DNA of 64,000 bases, taken from Gekko japonicus (Eukaryota). Where the stretch lies: contig NW_015176015.1 of assembly GCF_001447785.1 (NCBI RefSeq), positions 364,609 to 428,608 of the forward strand, read 5' to 3'. A program made the position numbers and the translations under genes. A model generated the notes under the pieces. That model searched no databases, had not been told where the DNA came from, and was given only the letters and a program-made list of their open reading frames with translations. Below, piece by piece: positions 1-13,099 of the stretch (position 1 is its first letter; each line of letters opens with the position of its first letter).

Positions 1-295
1 TATATATATATATATCACAAAAATCTGTAGGTATGCTGTCACAGTCCTGATTTGAGAACTAGTGACTTCCTTAACTTTTAGAAAGTGCAGTGCATAAAGA
101 TTCAGAGCTAGGTAGGATTGCCAGCAAATGCTGGGAGATCTGTAATGATATATATATATATATCACAAAAATCTGTAGGTATGCTGTCACAGTCCTGATT
201 TGAGAACTAGTGACTTCCTTAACTTTTAGAAAGTGCAGTGCATAAAGATTCAGAGCTAGGTAGGATTGCCAGCAAATGCTGGGAGATCTGTAATG
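1..295. repeat. Perfect tandem duplication, period 148 bp, starting in a (TA)n tract
   Basis: 1-147 repeats at 149-295 without visible differences. Confidence 0.9.
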
Positions 296-539
296 TCATA
301 CTTGGGGAGGGTGAAGTTTCAAAGGAACGCAATGCTACTTCTGAGTGACACTCTAGGAATCCCTAGTCTTTATGGTCTTTATCACAGAAATTGGGGGGAA
401 ATCCTAGAGCATCACTATCATCACAATTCGCAACTGCCACTTTTTCCTGCTGCTCCTTTAATTATCGTAGGCAAGACACTGAGAGGAGGGGCAGGAGGTT
501 GCCTGCTTCCACTGTACAGGTAAGCCTAGGTAAGCCTAG
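260..539. mobile_element. Degenerate hAT-type MITE (TAGGGTTGCCA terminus family)
   Basis: Left end taggattgccag, right end caggtaagccta, internal motifs shared with other family copies (e.g. 1610-1979). Confidence 0.55.
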
Positions 540-631
540 AGCTAGGTGATGTGAGGTGCCATTTATATTCACACTACCATGCTAGTGATATGAGATCATT
601 TTCAGATTACCCTGAAATCAATGTCTGCATA

Positions 632-716
632 TAAAACAACAAAGAGTGTTGTGGCACCTTAAAGGCTAACAAATTTATTGTGCCGTAAACTTTTGCAAGC
701 CACAGACTCTCTGTCT
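632..716 (-). mobile_element. Penelope-like element terminal fragment (degenerate hammerhead-bearing end)
   Basis: gtggcaccttaaaggctaacaaatttattgtgccgtaaacttttgc matches the same terminal module seen at 13100-13183. Confidence 0.5.
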
Positions 717-1357
717 GCGTATAGTAAATATATGTCTGGAGCCAACTGCATAAAATCTTTCTGCCCAGTCACTGCTTGCCTCCTGAGTTCTTCACTCACT
801 CATCCTCTGATTTTCTAACTCTACTGCTGTCTTGTATCCTGCCACCCCTCTTTAATCTCATGCCTCCCTTAGCTAATCTCTAAAGCCTGCTTTCATCTCT
901 GCCTCCACTTTGGACTCTCTCCATCTCCAAAGATATCCATCCCTGAAACAGGCTCTGTTCCTGCTGGCATTGCTCCTTGACTTCTCTTCCAATTTTGCTG
1001 TAGTGAGATGAGAGGCAGTGGAGGGACAGGCGATGCCTTGACAATTATGATGATCAAAAGAGGTCTGTCCAGGCATCTTCATGGCTAAGAGAAAGGGGGA
1101 AAGATGCTCTTGCTGGAACAGGGTATCCTTTCCAGCCTGCAGGTTTGGCAGGCTGGAGACCCAAGGCTTAGTACTTGGATTGGCCAAAGGGCCTTGGAGC
1201 ACATGAGGGGGTGGGGTCTGAAAAGAGTTGTTCCTTTGTTTGGGGCTTCCTTTTGGTTTTCTTGCTTGGCTCTTTCTTGATTGGGAACTCATGTGTTTTT
1301 CCATGAAGGATAACAGGGGAATGATGCAANNNNNNNNNNNNNNNNNNNNNNNNNNNN

Positions 1358-1587
1358 GGGGAGCAGGGGAATGTGGCAAAGGGGGGGGTGTGCAGATCAC
1401 AAGGGTGGGGGCATCCTGCATCTACCCAGATCAGATGCAACCTAGAACCTGCCCTTTTATTTATTTCCCTTAATGTGCCTTATTCCTGACCTTTGCAATA
1501 CCCTGAGTTCTGCCTTGTAGAAATAAAGTATTGTTTAACTTGAGAGAGTCTGCATAAGTCCTTAAGTTTGTCTGCAAAAATGTAACA
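1358..1587 (+). mobile_element. Possible LTR 3' half (5' end obscured by N gap 1330-1357)
   Basis: AATAAA at ~1522 followed by a U5-like segment ending TGTAACA; no TSD established. Confidence 0.3.
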
Positions 1588-2727
1588 GACAGCTTTTGTG
1601 TCCCAACTGAAGGGTGGGGGGTGCAGGTCTGCTGCTATAGCGGAAGACCTCTCAGCAATCTCCTCTGTTTCCTCCTAGAGCTTCCAAGGCTAAGGGGGGA
1701 GGGGGTGGAAATAAGGGGCACCAGCATACAATATCACTTCTGGCAATAAATAAATAAATAATAAATAAATAAATAAAATTTGAAGTCACATTATAACACC
1801 AGGGCTATGCTCTGGTATTGTCCAAAATTATACGGGTTAACCACAGAGTGTCAGGTGATTCCTAGAGTGCCACCCCCAGAGTCATAGTGTTACTTCTGAG
1901 AGGTTTTGCGGGAAGTGATGTCATGTACCAGTGTGCCTGTCCCCACCGCTCAAATCTCTTCAGAAGGTTGCCAGCCCTAGTTCCAGCACTAATTACCCCC
2001 TTCTTCAGTCCACCCTACCACCAGTGCAATCCTAAACGGAGTCCTGAGCAGTGCAATCCTAAGAATTTAAGACAATGGGCTTAGAACAGTGTAACTCTGC
2101 CTAAGATTCCACTGCAAGACCACTAGTCTGGCCCTTTACTTGAGCTTATCTTTTCTGATTGCTATGTCTCTGAAGACAGCTTCTCTTACCTTCATCGGCT
2201 CTCTATGGTCCTTTCCGCACATGGATCTCATCCCTGGTTTTATCAGAGTTCAACTTGTGACACAATGCCTTGCATTTATCCCTGGTTATAACAGCATCTG
2301 TTTCTCCCAGGACGAGTGTGGGGCGAAACCAGAGTGACCTCAATGTAATGTGGAAACAAAAAATACCCCGAGATAATTACAGGGGTGAACTTGAGTGTAG
2401 TGTAGAATGTAATTTTGGGGACAGGGTTGAACCAGAATTTAAGGTCTAGTGCAGAATGTCTTATTCTCTGACACATAAAGCAAGGAGGAAAGTGCAGTGG
2501 CAGAGCATGGGGAGGTGAGGTGGGGGATAGTCCAGTTCTATGCAATCAGACATGCCTTTTCTTGCAAAAATTAGATGCCTCCCCACACCACCCATATGTA
2601 AATGATGCAAATAAATGAACAACAAACATGGCTGTCCTCATCACATGTAGATTGACCTCCACTTGTTGCCTTCTTGATGTGCAGTAACAGATGTCCTTTA
2701 ACATTCAGCTCAACAATACTTAACAGT

Positions 2728-3000
2728 GAGGAGGAGGAGGAGGAGGAGATTGGTTTTATACCCTGCCCTTCACTTGGCGTCTCAGAGCAGCTTACAATCT
2801 CCTTTCCCTTCCCCTCCCTACAATAGCTGATCTGTGAGGTAGGTGGGGCTGAGAGAGCTCTGAGAGAACTGCTCTTGAGAGAACAGCTCTGAGAGAACCC
2901 AAGGTCACTCCAGCTGCTGCACATGGAGGAGCTGTGAATTAAACCCAGTTCTCCCAGACTGGAGTCCGTGCTCCTAACCACTACACCAAACTGGCTCTCC
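2728..3000 (-). mobile_element. tRNA-derived MIR/Ther1-related SINE (Squam3-like)
   Basis: Minus-strand head GGAGAGCCAGTTTGGTGTAGTGGTTAG (A box), B-box-like GGTTTAATTC, core CCCACCTACCTCACAG, (TCC)n tail; homologous to 51390-51673 and 59083-59366. Confidence 0.85.
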
Positions 3001-3204
3001 ATGAACTGGCTCTGTACTGGTTATCCATGATCTTTCTCAATTAACATTCCTCCCCATGTCATAACTCCAGATTCTTCTCTTTCTTCTACTCTGCCATTTT
3101 GCTACCCCCTCTTGCCCAGTTCCTCTTGCAGTTTGGCAGGAAGTGGGAGAACTGCTCAGAAATCTGGCATGGTCTGGGGTGGGAGGACCCTACAATGATA
3201 TCCA

Positions 3205-3357
3205 AACACATGCACAAGAACATCAAACCACTTACACTGAGTCAGGCTCCTGGTCCATCAAGGCCAGTACACTGTCTACTCAGTCTGGCAGCAGCTCTCA
3301 AGAGCCTCTGGTAGAAGCACCTACCACCTGATCCTTTTTTAGGTAGAGATGCCAGGA
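3205..3357 (-). mobile_element. tRNA-derived SINE (Squam2-like), partial
   Basis: Homologous to the fuller copy at 48358-48564 (ctggcagcagctctc, ggtccatcaagg). Confidence 0.65.
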
Positions 3358-3365
3358 AGTGAGCT

Positions 3366-3629
3366 CTGACTGGTTCCCTCCCTCCCCCTGAGAAGAGGAG
3401 GAGGGGGAGAAGCCTCAGCCAGTGCTTTACCAGACCCTCTCAATCGCACAGGAGAGGCTTGCCTATCTATCTCTCCTGTGCAATTGAGAGAGTCTGGTAA
3501 AGTAAGCTGTGATGTTGCAACAGCAGCAGAGCTGGAAAAGGAAGCAGGAAACAACCAGGGCCTTGCAGGCCAGATTACAGCCCTCCAAGGGCCTGATCCG
3601 GCCCCTGGGCTGCACGTTTGACACCCCTG
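3366..3629. mobile_element. hAT (Charlie-like) non-autonomous element end
   Basis: Ends ...ccggcccctgggctgcacgtttgacacccctg, the reverse complement of a CAGGGGTGTCAAAC TIR. Confidence 0.6.
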
Positions 3630-6325
3630 CTCTACACACACTTGATCTTAACCAAAAGGCCAAGAAGCGATTCACACACCCCTGTTCTAGACCCATGCAG
3701 ACCCATAGCTATGGTGAGGCCCCTTAAGGCCTGGCCCCATCATGCATCAGCAAGACCCTGCAAGGCAACTTTAAAATTAATTTTTAATCATTTTTAATTC
3801 ATTCGTAAAGTTGTACTGTGCAGCATGCTTTGTCCTGCCTGCTTTCTGATTTGCTGCTTTTTTCTAATTCCCTGGTACTTACTAGCTCTCCCCTCCCTCT
3901 CCCTTCCTGATTTGCTGGTAACCGTACACTTGCCAGCTCTCTCTCCCTCTCTGCTCTTCCTCTCCACTCTTCTGTGTGTTTCCCATGGTAGTCTGCTGTG
4001 ACTCTTCATCGTCTTTTCACTAAAAGTGCAGCTGAACTTTGAACCCTGGGTGGTAGGCACATCAGAATCATGGTTGTTGTTGTTTTTGTCAAAGTCAGGT
4101 GGGCAGCTTTGTACGGTGGGCTAGGATCTGGGTAAACCCAGGTTTGAATCCTGTGCCATGGAAGCTTGCTACCATTTTCAGTCTAACCTTCTTCACAGGA
4201 TCATTGTGAGAAGTTGCTGAATAACTGCTGAAGTTATTTCTGTCCTTAAAGAGAGGAGAACTAACACAGACATTCATACAGAAATATATAGACAGACACA
4301 TAATGACTGCCCCACCAGAATAAATTATGCCCCACAAGCCAAAACATCCTGGCTACGGGCCAGAACCCATGGCTTTTGGCTCTGGAATGGACCACCAGGA
4401 TCAAAATCATGCTCTCTGGTGGAGTCCAGACTGGTTCGTTGTCTTCTCATAATGACACAGAAGATTTTTTGCTTTCCTCCATATGTCACTAGAACATAAG
4501 GTCATACACTTGCTTTAAAAGCACAGCTTGTAGCCGTTTGCTACCAGCTCTATGACAATAAAAGCACAATGATACCTTGACATATTAAGATTGCCTTCTT
4601 TAATTCCAGTAAGCAGCATTTTAGTTCCCGCCCAATCACCAGCAGATAATTATGCTTTTTTATGCTGTTTCCAAGAGGAACTGTACTCCTGAGTTTCCAG
4701 GCAGCAATGAACAGTTGGGGTGATGAGGGAAAGAAAGAACTGCTTTTTGGGTATAAATAGCAATCAAATTGTACTTGTTAGATCTCTTGATCAGATAACA
4801 TCATCCTGTCTGTCCCAAATATGGCCATGCCCATATTTGTAGCTGAGTGGAGGAGGGGTGGGAGGCAAAAGAGGCAAGATTGGTGCCGGGAGTAGGGTTG
4901 CCAGCTGACCAGAAAAAAATGGCTTTGCCTGTTCTTGTACCTCTAGCAGCTGCTTGATTTTCAGAAGTCAGCTGTTGAAGCTTTTCACAGAATGGAAATA
5001 ATCTGATAATGTCTATCTCCATGCCATACAAAGCTTCTCCATTTGATTTCTGCAAACAAAACAGCTACTAAAGGTGTTTTTCCAGTGGCCAGTTGAAAAA
5101 CTGGAACCTCTTAACAGAGAAAGAGGTGACCAGATAAACAGGAGACAAAGTTCACAAGTACCTCAAATATGATATGAACAAATTGGAGTAGCAGAAACTT
5201 GTCATCCATGTACAATAAACTCAGTTGGCCAAATGTCCCACTGCTAACAGAAATATAAAATGCACAGAAACCCCTTCCTCCTCCTTTATATCTGGCCCAT
5301 CTAGTACAAGGGATAGAAAAGAAAATATTGCATGAGACTCAAACTAGACAAGAGCAAAAGGGGCTCAGGAATGAGAGGGAAACGGGGGAGGGGAAGTTGA
5401 GAAAAAACAACCCCCAAAATTGCAATCTGAAGGAAATATTATTGGATGATATACTCACACTCTTGCTTTTGCTTATAAAAAATGAGAAAGATTTTATGGG
5501 TGCAGAGTAAAATTCACAAAATGAGTAATGCAACTGACCAAAATATCTGTCTGAGATGAGTCTGTGCAATGCCTCTCTTGCTTGTCTTCAGAGGTATAAA
5601 CTGCCCATTCCTCTTCCATGGAGGATTAACTCAAATGCCAGTGATGTGAATTCAGATGTCAGCAATGTTAACTATTTCATCCCACAGAGAAGAGAGGAAA
5701 GCCATGGCTGTGCAGCACATGCCACAATTTATAGCTAATTGGATCTTCCGGTGACACACACAGACAGAGGTGGAGCCGACAAAGGAATGCCTAGCATTCC
5801 CTTTGTGTTACATCACAAAACAGCTGAGAGTGCAAATCACAGAATGAAGAGCAATTGACATCAGATCCTAGAAACACTGATGTGCTTCCATTGCATGTGT
5901 TCTGCCTGTGTGCCCATACATACCACACACAAACACAACATCTAGTGAGGGGGACAGAGAAGGAGGCAAGACTGACGTAAACCAAACACACCATATGCCG
6001 CCCCTAGTGTGCTACAGTTACCCATCCCACTTAACGTCCCTGTAACCATTAGGGCTCACCTTTGATTTTGTTGCAGTTTTAAAGTCTATACAGACTCTTC
6101 TGTTCAAAAAGCCCCAGTCTCGTGATAAGTTGGAATAATACACGTATATATTTGTTCTAATGCTGAAACTTTTGGAGTAAAGAGTAGAAACCTGGGGTCA
6201 TTCAAAAGGTTCAGAAGCCTTGTGTTCCTATAGAAGTTCTTGTATTGTAAATATTATACCCTACCTTTTTTACTGGCTCCACTGCTGTGGTTTAACAGCA
6301 GTCTGAAACACAAACTTTTTTTTTT

Positions 6326-6528
6326 GTCAAGTCACAGCTGACTTATGGCAACCCCGGTGGGGTTTTCAAGGCAAGAGATGTTTAGAGGTGCTTTGCCATT
6401 GCCTGCCCCCACATCATGCCCCTGGTATTCCTTGGTGGTCTACCATCCAAATACTAATCAGATCCAACCCTGCTTAGCTTTTTAGATCTGATGAGATCAG
6501 GCTAACCTGGGCTATCCAAGTCAAGGCA
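6326..6528 (-). mobile_element. 5S rRNA-derived SINE (SINE3) with RTE-type tail
   Basis: Minus strand contains 5S internal promoter homology (GATCTCATCAGATCT..AAGCTAAGCAGGG..TTAGTATTTGGATGG..AGACCACC..GGAATACCAGGG) followed by GGTTGCCATAAGTCAGCTGTGACTTGAC. Confidence 0.85.
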
Positions 6529-6577
6529 CCAGACTGCTTTTGAAGGCACTGGATAAGAGCCAGTAAAAAAAAAGGTG

Positions 6578-6917
6578 GGCCCTGGTCACACATGCCGGAA
6601 AATGCAGAGGGGGGAGGGCGTGGCTATTTGTGGCAATGCAATTAGACCCGTGACAACGCGATCAGACGCATCGGCAGCAAACCACGGTTCCGTCCCTCGG
6701 TGTGTGTGCTTCAACGAAGACAGCCAGAGGGGAAAAGCCGCGGCGGCACAATCACACGGATGGAGTCCATCGGCAGCCCGTGGCAAACCATTTGCCAGTA
6801 CTGGCAGTACATTTGCCAGTGCGCTACGCCCGCCAGATGTTGTGGTGTGATCGCGCCCGGAAAATCCGCCCACCATTCGTGGCTCTCCCGCGGCAAATTC
6901 GCCATGTGAACGGGGCC
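6578..6917. mobile_element. CpG-rich PIF/Harbinger-like MITE
   Basis: Imperfect TIRs ggccctggtcacac / gtgaacggggcc; same family as copies with clear 3-bp TSDs. Confidence 0.65.
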
Positions 6918-8598
6918 AAGGTAACCCTTCAAAAATATGCAATCTCACTTTAAAAAAGAGAAAAGATAGCCTGATGGTGATATGAATTGAATGCTAAATG
7001 GAACCAAGGTGTTGTTAGTTATGATTAATTTTATCGTATTGATCATATGTTGTTACTTGTAATTATTCTTAGCAGCCCTGAGACTCTTGAAAACATGTTT
7101 TGTTTTTTTAAAAAAAACATTTGACTAAACAAATTGCCTTCTTTATTAGACTGCTTTGTTTATGTCAAAGTTGTAATATCTTTCAACAACTTAATACTGG
7201 GGAAAAAATTAAAACTTTCAAAAACAAAACGTTTTCTTAAATGAATGGCTTCCTTTGCTCTTTTCTACCGACATCTGGTTCTCACTCTGTGCATCTACAA
7301 CCTGTTCTCATTATCCCCATGTGTAGTTTATTATCTTTTTGTCCAGGAAAACATTGGTGTATGAGGGGGGGAGAGGAAATGTTTCTGTTGTCATAGCGAC
7401 AGCTTTGTCCAGCACACTGCGATTCTCCCTGATGCAGAGGAGACCTGACTCTGCTGTGCAGGCATTTCCCCAAGACGGATTGAAGCTGACAGGCTCTTTA
7501 TGGTCTGAAACATTTATAAAGCAGAGGCCATGTGTGTGCGCCTGTATACATGTGTGTCTGTAGAAAAAGAGAACTGTGAAGGTAGTGAAGCAGTTTCAAA
7601 TATAACAAAGATGGTAGGAACAGTAGAGGCCGCTCAGTATGAATTTTCCTGCATTTATTCATTGACTACCAAACAATGTTCCACTTGAGGTATTGAATAA
7701 AAATGGATCCTGCCAACCCCTATTGTTTGTGAGCAACTCGAGTGCTCTGGAAAGCAGAACTTTTAAATCAATGAATACAATTGCTGGCTTTTTTTTTTTT
7801 TTTGGTAACTCGTCCATGTCCCCATCCCATGCCTTTAAAAGCAAATTCATCTGCAGACATTTTCCAGGTACAGTGCTTGTTTCCATGCTTCACCTGCTTA
7901 TTTCTGAACATCAAGCCAAGGATAAAGGCACACAATCTGGTGTGGGGAGCTTTTCCCCCCCTCGTCAGTTGGCAACACTAACTGTACAGGATGTGACAAC
8001 AGATGCTCCATTTTTGACAGTCAGTTATATTTTCTCATGTTGCCAGGAAATGCTTCCTTACTCCCTGACATTTAGGAGGTCCCAGGCGTGGGATTGTCAC
8101 TGTTTCTTGCTGGACCTCCTCTTGCGCCCTTAACAGCAACCCTAAATATAAAAATGTAAGGAAACTTTTTTTCCTGGCAGACAGGTAAGTGTTATGGAAA
8201 GCTCTGCTGGCTGCTAAAGACACAGGAACAGAACCAGGGAAATTCTGCCCAGGAGTGGTGAGGTAGAACTGTTAGGGAAGCCAACTTATTTCCCAAGGCA
8301 AGTTTAGGACCTTTAAGAAGAGTGCTGCAAGTAAAATTCAGTAGCTGGACTGAGCTCAGCATGGAGATCTTGGCTTGTAGGCTGTATGTGTGTACAAGTT
8401 GTTAGGAACTCTTGTGAGCTGGAATTAAGACCTCTCTCTCTCTTTACTGCTCTGATCCTGCATCTAAAAAACAGACATATAGCTGCTGAAGTTTTTCTTG
8501 ACATTGGAAACAATTGTCTGGTAGAAAAAGCTGCACCTGCTTATAATCTAGGTGGCAGGCTGTGTTAAGAGACACAGTAAAAGAGCTATTTTAAGTAA

Positions 8599-8935
8599 AA
8601 AGGTAAAGGTAAAGGTTCCCTTGCTCGAAAGCCAGTCGAATCCGACTCTAGGGTTGCGGTGCTCATCTCCGTTTCAAAGTCGAAGAGCCAGCGCTGTCCG
8701 AAGACGTTTCCGTGGTCATGTGGCCGGCACGACTAAACACCGAGGCGCACGGAACGCTGTTACCTTCCCACTGAAGTGGTACCTATTTATCTACTTGCAA
8801 TTTCTTGCTTTCGAACTGCTAGGTTGGCAGGAGCTGGGGCCAGAGACGGGAGCTCACTCCATCCCGCAGCACCCAGGTCTCGAACTGCTGAACTATTGAC
8901 CTTCCACAGCCTGCAGTTCAGCGTCTTAACCACTT
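8599..8935 (-). mobile_element. Sauria SINE (Squam1), slightly 5'-truncated
   Basis: (ACCTTT)n tail, GGAGATGAGCACCGC, AGTAGATAAATAGGTACC core, tRNA-like head; near-identical to seven other copies in the window. Confidence 0.93.
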
Positions 8936-9911
8936 TTCTTGACCTGGGACAGCTTGTTTGTTTTTGTTCGTTTGCAAGCATTCCTACTGAACTCTCAGAG
9001 ATGTTCAAACTGTCATTTGGAAATGTTCGATCACGCTTTTGGAAAAACTATGTGTATATAGACCCTTGGAACTGAGCCTTCCCCTCTCCCCGCTAGTAAC
9101 TGGCCAGACAGGGTTGCTATTTAAACAGGGCAGCTCTAGATGAGGACCATCTTTCCTGCAAACTACCCTTTCCAACAAAACCGCTACTAGGACAGCCCTG
9201 TCCAGGATGCCCAGGCAAGCCCGATCTTGTCAGCTATGCAGGGCTGACCTTGGCAAGTATTTGGATGGAAGACATCCAAAGACATACCAGGGCTGGGAGG
9301 CCAGAGGCAGGCTATCAAGCCGCCTCTCTGAATGTCCTCCGTGCCCCAGTAGGAGTCGCCAGGCATGGGCACACACAACTTCCAGGCATGGGCACACACA
9401 CATGCACACACAACACACACACACAAATGCAAAAATACAACCCTCCCCGCCCCCCTAGGACTGATGGGAAATGTAGCTTCCATAGCCACTGAAAGCTACA
9501 GTCTTTAAGCTTAGGTCTGTATATGCCAGCAGTGGCCACTGAAGACTACAATTGTGCAGATGGAAATTCACTCAAAATACACATCTTGCTTAAATTGTGA
9601 ACAAATCAATGGAAGTGTATGGGGTGCTCAGCTCAAGAGAAAACAGGAATAGCAAGCAGGGTAAGTCTGATTTTTTAAAACACATTGCAAAGATCACAGC
9701 ATCACTAATTTTTTTAAAGCTGGCCAACTCAGGCTACTACCAGCATCCACAGACATCTTCTAACAGCCATTGCTAAAGGTGTTTCTCCTCAGCTGTGGGA
9801 ATCCAGTGCAGGGTTGAGGTGTCAGGCAGTCCATCCTATGCATGTTTTCTCAGAAGCAAATATCACTGATTGAATTTGAATTTACAGCCAAGTAAAAGTG
9901 CACAGCCTCAC

Positions 9912-10221
9912 TGTAATGTATCCATATCAGACCGCGTGCGCGGCCATTTCGCCAAGCGGTCAGGCAAAGCGACCGAGCTTCGCCCTCAGTAACAATGGGA
10001 CAAGAGGATCCTAGCCGGCACCTATCGGCAGGCTAGGCTCCTGGCTGAGAGCCTATGGAACTCTCGGCCACTGTAAATAGCCAATCACATGTCTGTGGGT
10101 GTGTTTGGGGAGTGAGGTTTGTGCACATATAAACCAGCCTGCGAGCTGGGTACTCTCGTCTTGTTCTGAGCTGAAATAAAGTATGAGAGCTGAAATCACT
10201 AGTAAGTCTCAATACTTTTCA
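9912..10221 (+). mobile_element. Solo LTR
   Basis: TGTAATG...TTTTCA termini, 5-bp TSD-like CTCAC/CTAAC, CCAAT (10081), TATAAA (10128), AATAAA (10175) in U3-R-U5 order; retains CpGs. Confidence 0.75.
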
Positions 10222-10869
10222 CTAACAATCTTTAAATGCAGCAGCCTAGAAAGATATTTCAGGTTAAGCTAATTGCCAGTATCACTTTAGGCCCTAAATG
10301 TTTGTGGGTGAACTTAATTTCAAAGACCGAGCAATACAACTTACACTGAACAGATCATGCAAGTGGAAATTAAACAACGCAAGAAAATAAGAGAAAGCCA
10401 TAAACACAATTGCATAAAATCCTTGCTGTTCTAGCATCCATTTTGTAAGCAATTTTTGTTTTATGCATTCATTACCATTCTGCAGCATCAATGCTTGCTG
10501 CTTGCTGCCTGTTCTTAGGTTTTATACAGCAGACAAAAGCCCAGAAGGTTTTCAACAGCTGATACAGTTGTTTAGACTATTGGCCATCAATAAAGGAAGA
10601 GCTCACTCAGTTTGGCCAAGTGAAAGCTATGCGGCTTCCCACTGGGTGAAGCTCCCTTTAGGTACCTGGTTACTGTCAAGCCATCAACAGCTCAAGCTCT
10701 GGGAGAAAGAGGAACATGACAGAGGGAATCAGCATCACCCCAGCATAGATATGGCATCTGTGTCATTCTTTCCTCCTTTTTCCTTCTGGCCTACGTATTT
10801 CATATGCTATGCACACAAAATTGGGTTTATTGTTTCCCATCTTGGGTGACTTACATAGGAAGATTAGAG

Positions 10870-11018
10870 CACCTTCATTATTGTATTGGTTTTATTGTGG
10901 TTTTAAATGTTGTTTATTTTATTGTATTTTATCTATTCAATTCGGCTTTGCCGCATGTTAGCCGCCCTGAGCCACTGGGAGGGCAGGATACAAATCTAAA
11001 AATAAATAAATAAATAAA
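10870..11018 (+). mobile_element. L2 LINE 3' tail
   Basis: gttagccgccctgagcc...gggagggcaggata + (TAAA)n, the same tail as the L2 at 53520-53593. Confidence 0.75.
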
Positions 11019-12592
11019 ATTACATCCTGGTACTTTGAATCAATTTATCGAAGATAACCACAACTGCTTGGCTTAATACAAGCCCACTGTGTGAGTTCAA
11101 CAGGTTCATTAAATGGGTAACTATCCCAGACTGAGTGATTGAAACTCACTTTGAAGGCTGCCATCTTCCAGGGTTGCCAATTAGTCAGCTTTAACCTTGG
11201 TGACTACTTGAAATTTTTCCATCTCTTATACCCAGGTTTGTTTAAAAAATTCTACTTAACGATCATGGATAGTTTTCTATTTGCAGACATTTAGATTAAT
11301 TAGCATGTGCAAATAATATCTTTTCACAGAGAAATATTCAATTCTCTGTGGATTAAGGCATTTGTGTAAAGTATTAACAGAGGGAAGGGAGATTAGAAAT
11401 AAACCTACGTTGTTCCTTGTTACTTTTAGTAGGCATGACTTTCACAACAGTTGTTTAGTTTTATGTATTTGTAGCAAATGAGGCAGAGGTCTTTTCTAAA
11501 AGTATGGCTTTTGTTGCTGGCATGGTTTATGCTGCTGGTAAAATACAGCTTTTCCTCTTAGCCAGTTCTTCCATTGATACTGTGTGCTGTGTAGAAAGTA
11601 CCGTATTTAAGAAGCTTTTACCAGCACTTTCTCCATAAATGGACTCCTAGTGGCCTACACAAATTAAAATCATAACAATTACAAAAACATTAAAACAATC
11701 AAGACCACCAACATTTTACAACCATAATTTCATGGCACCTACTGGATAGTGTCCATGTTAACACTAGTAACAAGTAGCATTAGTTCCATAAGACTTATAG
11801 AACTTTGGGTTTTTTTTCAGGTGTACGCTCATATTCTTCATTCCTGTGTGCTAGAACATTCATAGAGCACCAGCTCTTTTAAAAAGAAAAGTTGAAAAAG
11901 TATCCAAGCTGCATTATCAATACACTCATCCAGCCATCCCATGAATCTTTATTGGAATGTTTTATTAATTTCCTTGCTGCTTGTAAATTCAACCTGTATG
12001 GCACCAGTGTCTGCGGCTTGGATCCAACAGAAGTTTCCACAGACAGATTTCCATCCATAGAGTGAAGCTTCCTCAACTTCCCCTGCCTGCTGCATTCCAA
12101 AATGGCACACTTTCTACTTTCATTCTTAATCATTTGTCAGGCAAGAGTTGGTATTATCCAGAAAGGAACACCAAAAAAATAATGTGCTTAGAAAGCTGTG
12201 TATGACTGCAAACAATGCTATAGTTGGCTTGTGTATTTTGTTAAAAAATAGAGAACAGGTGGAAGCTCTGGGATTTCTCTGCTTTAACTTAGAGGGGACA
12301 GATGCAAAAGAGGACAGTGCCCCTGACCTTTACTAATTGCATAACAGTAGGAAATTTAACAGATACAGCTTGCCATGGCAAGATGAGAAACTGTTGGATC
12401 CCCAAGCATCGAGAAGGAGGCTGGGACTCAGCATATCTGGCCATCATTCTGTAAGTATACGCCCACAACTGAATCATTTTTTTAAAGATAAAAAAGACAT
12501 GCACACCCCAATGAGAAAGATGGGATGGAACAATGGCAGCAATGAAAAGCGCGGTAGAATGTCTAAAAGCCTATAATCTGTATAGGCACATC

Positions 12593-12911
12593 CAGGGCTT
12601 TTTTTGTAGAAAAAGCCCAGCAGGAACTCATTAGCATATCAGGCCACACCCTTGACAGCACAGCCTATTAGCATATTAGGCTGCACCCCCATGTTACCAG
12701 AAGTGTGGTCATCCAGCCACACCCACCTTTTGCTTCTTATTCTGTTTACCTTGTTGTCACCAGGGCTGTTAGGCCATACACCCCTAATGTAGCCAATTCT
12801 AATGAGTTTCTGCTGTTGGCCTATTATGCTAATGAGTTCCTGCTGGGTGTGGCCAACTCAGGAGCCAGACCGAACTCCGTTCCTGTGCGTTCCTGCTCAA
12901 AAATAGCCCTC
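12593..12911 (+). mobile_element. hAT MITE with CAGGGCT TIR and repeated ATTAGCAT/GGCCACACCC modules
   Basis: Ends CAGGGCTTTTTT / AAAATAGCCCT; homologous to 17950, 35954 and 41938 copies. Confidence 0.8.
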
Positions 12912-13099
12912 ATCTGTTAAACAAATGGAATGACATTATAAAATGATTGTCCCAAACCTTTACATTGCAGTGGAACTGCTTTGAATATACACCAATATAA
13001 GCAGAAGAAGGATTAAATGGCAACATTCCAACATATATTCAGGAAGCACACTCAAGTTAGCAGATTTTCGTGATTCCAAAATAATTAATCTCTGCTACA

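Noticed and set aside
8552-8899. Recurrent ORF 'LESQSNPTLGLRCSSPFQS...KWYLFIYLQFLAFELLGWQEL' in many places
   Set aside because: Antisense translation of Sauria SINE copies, not a gene family.
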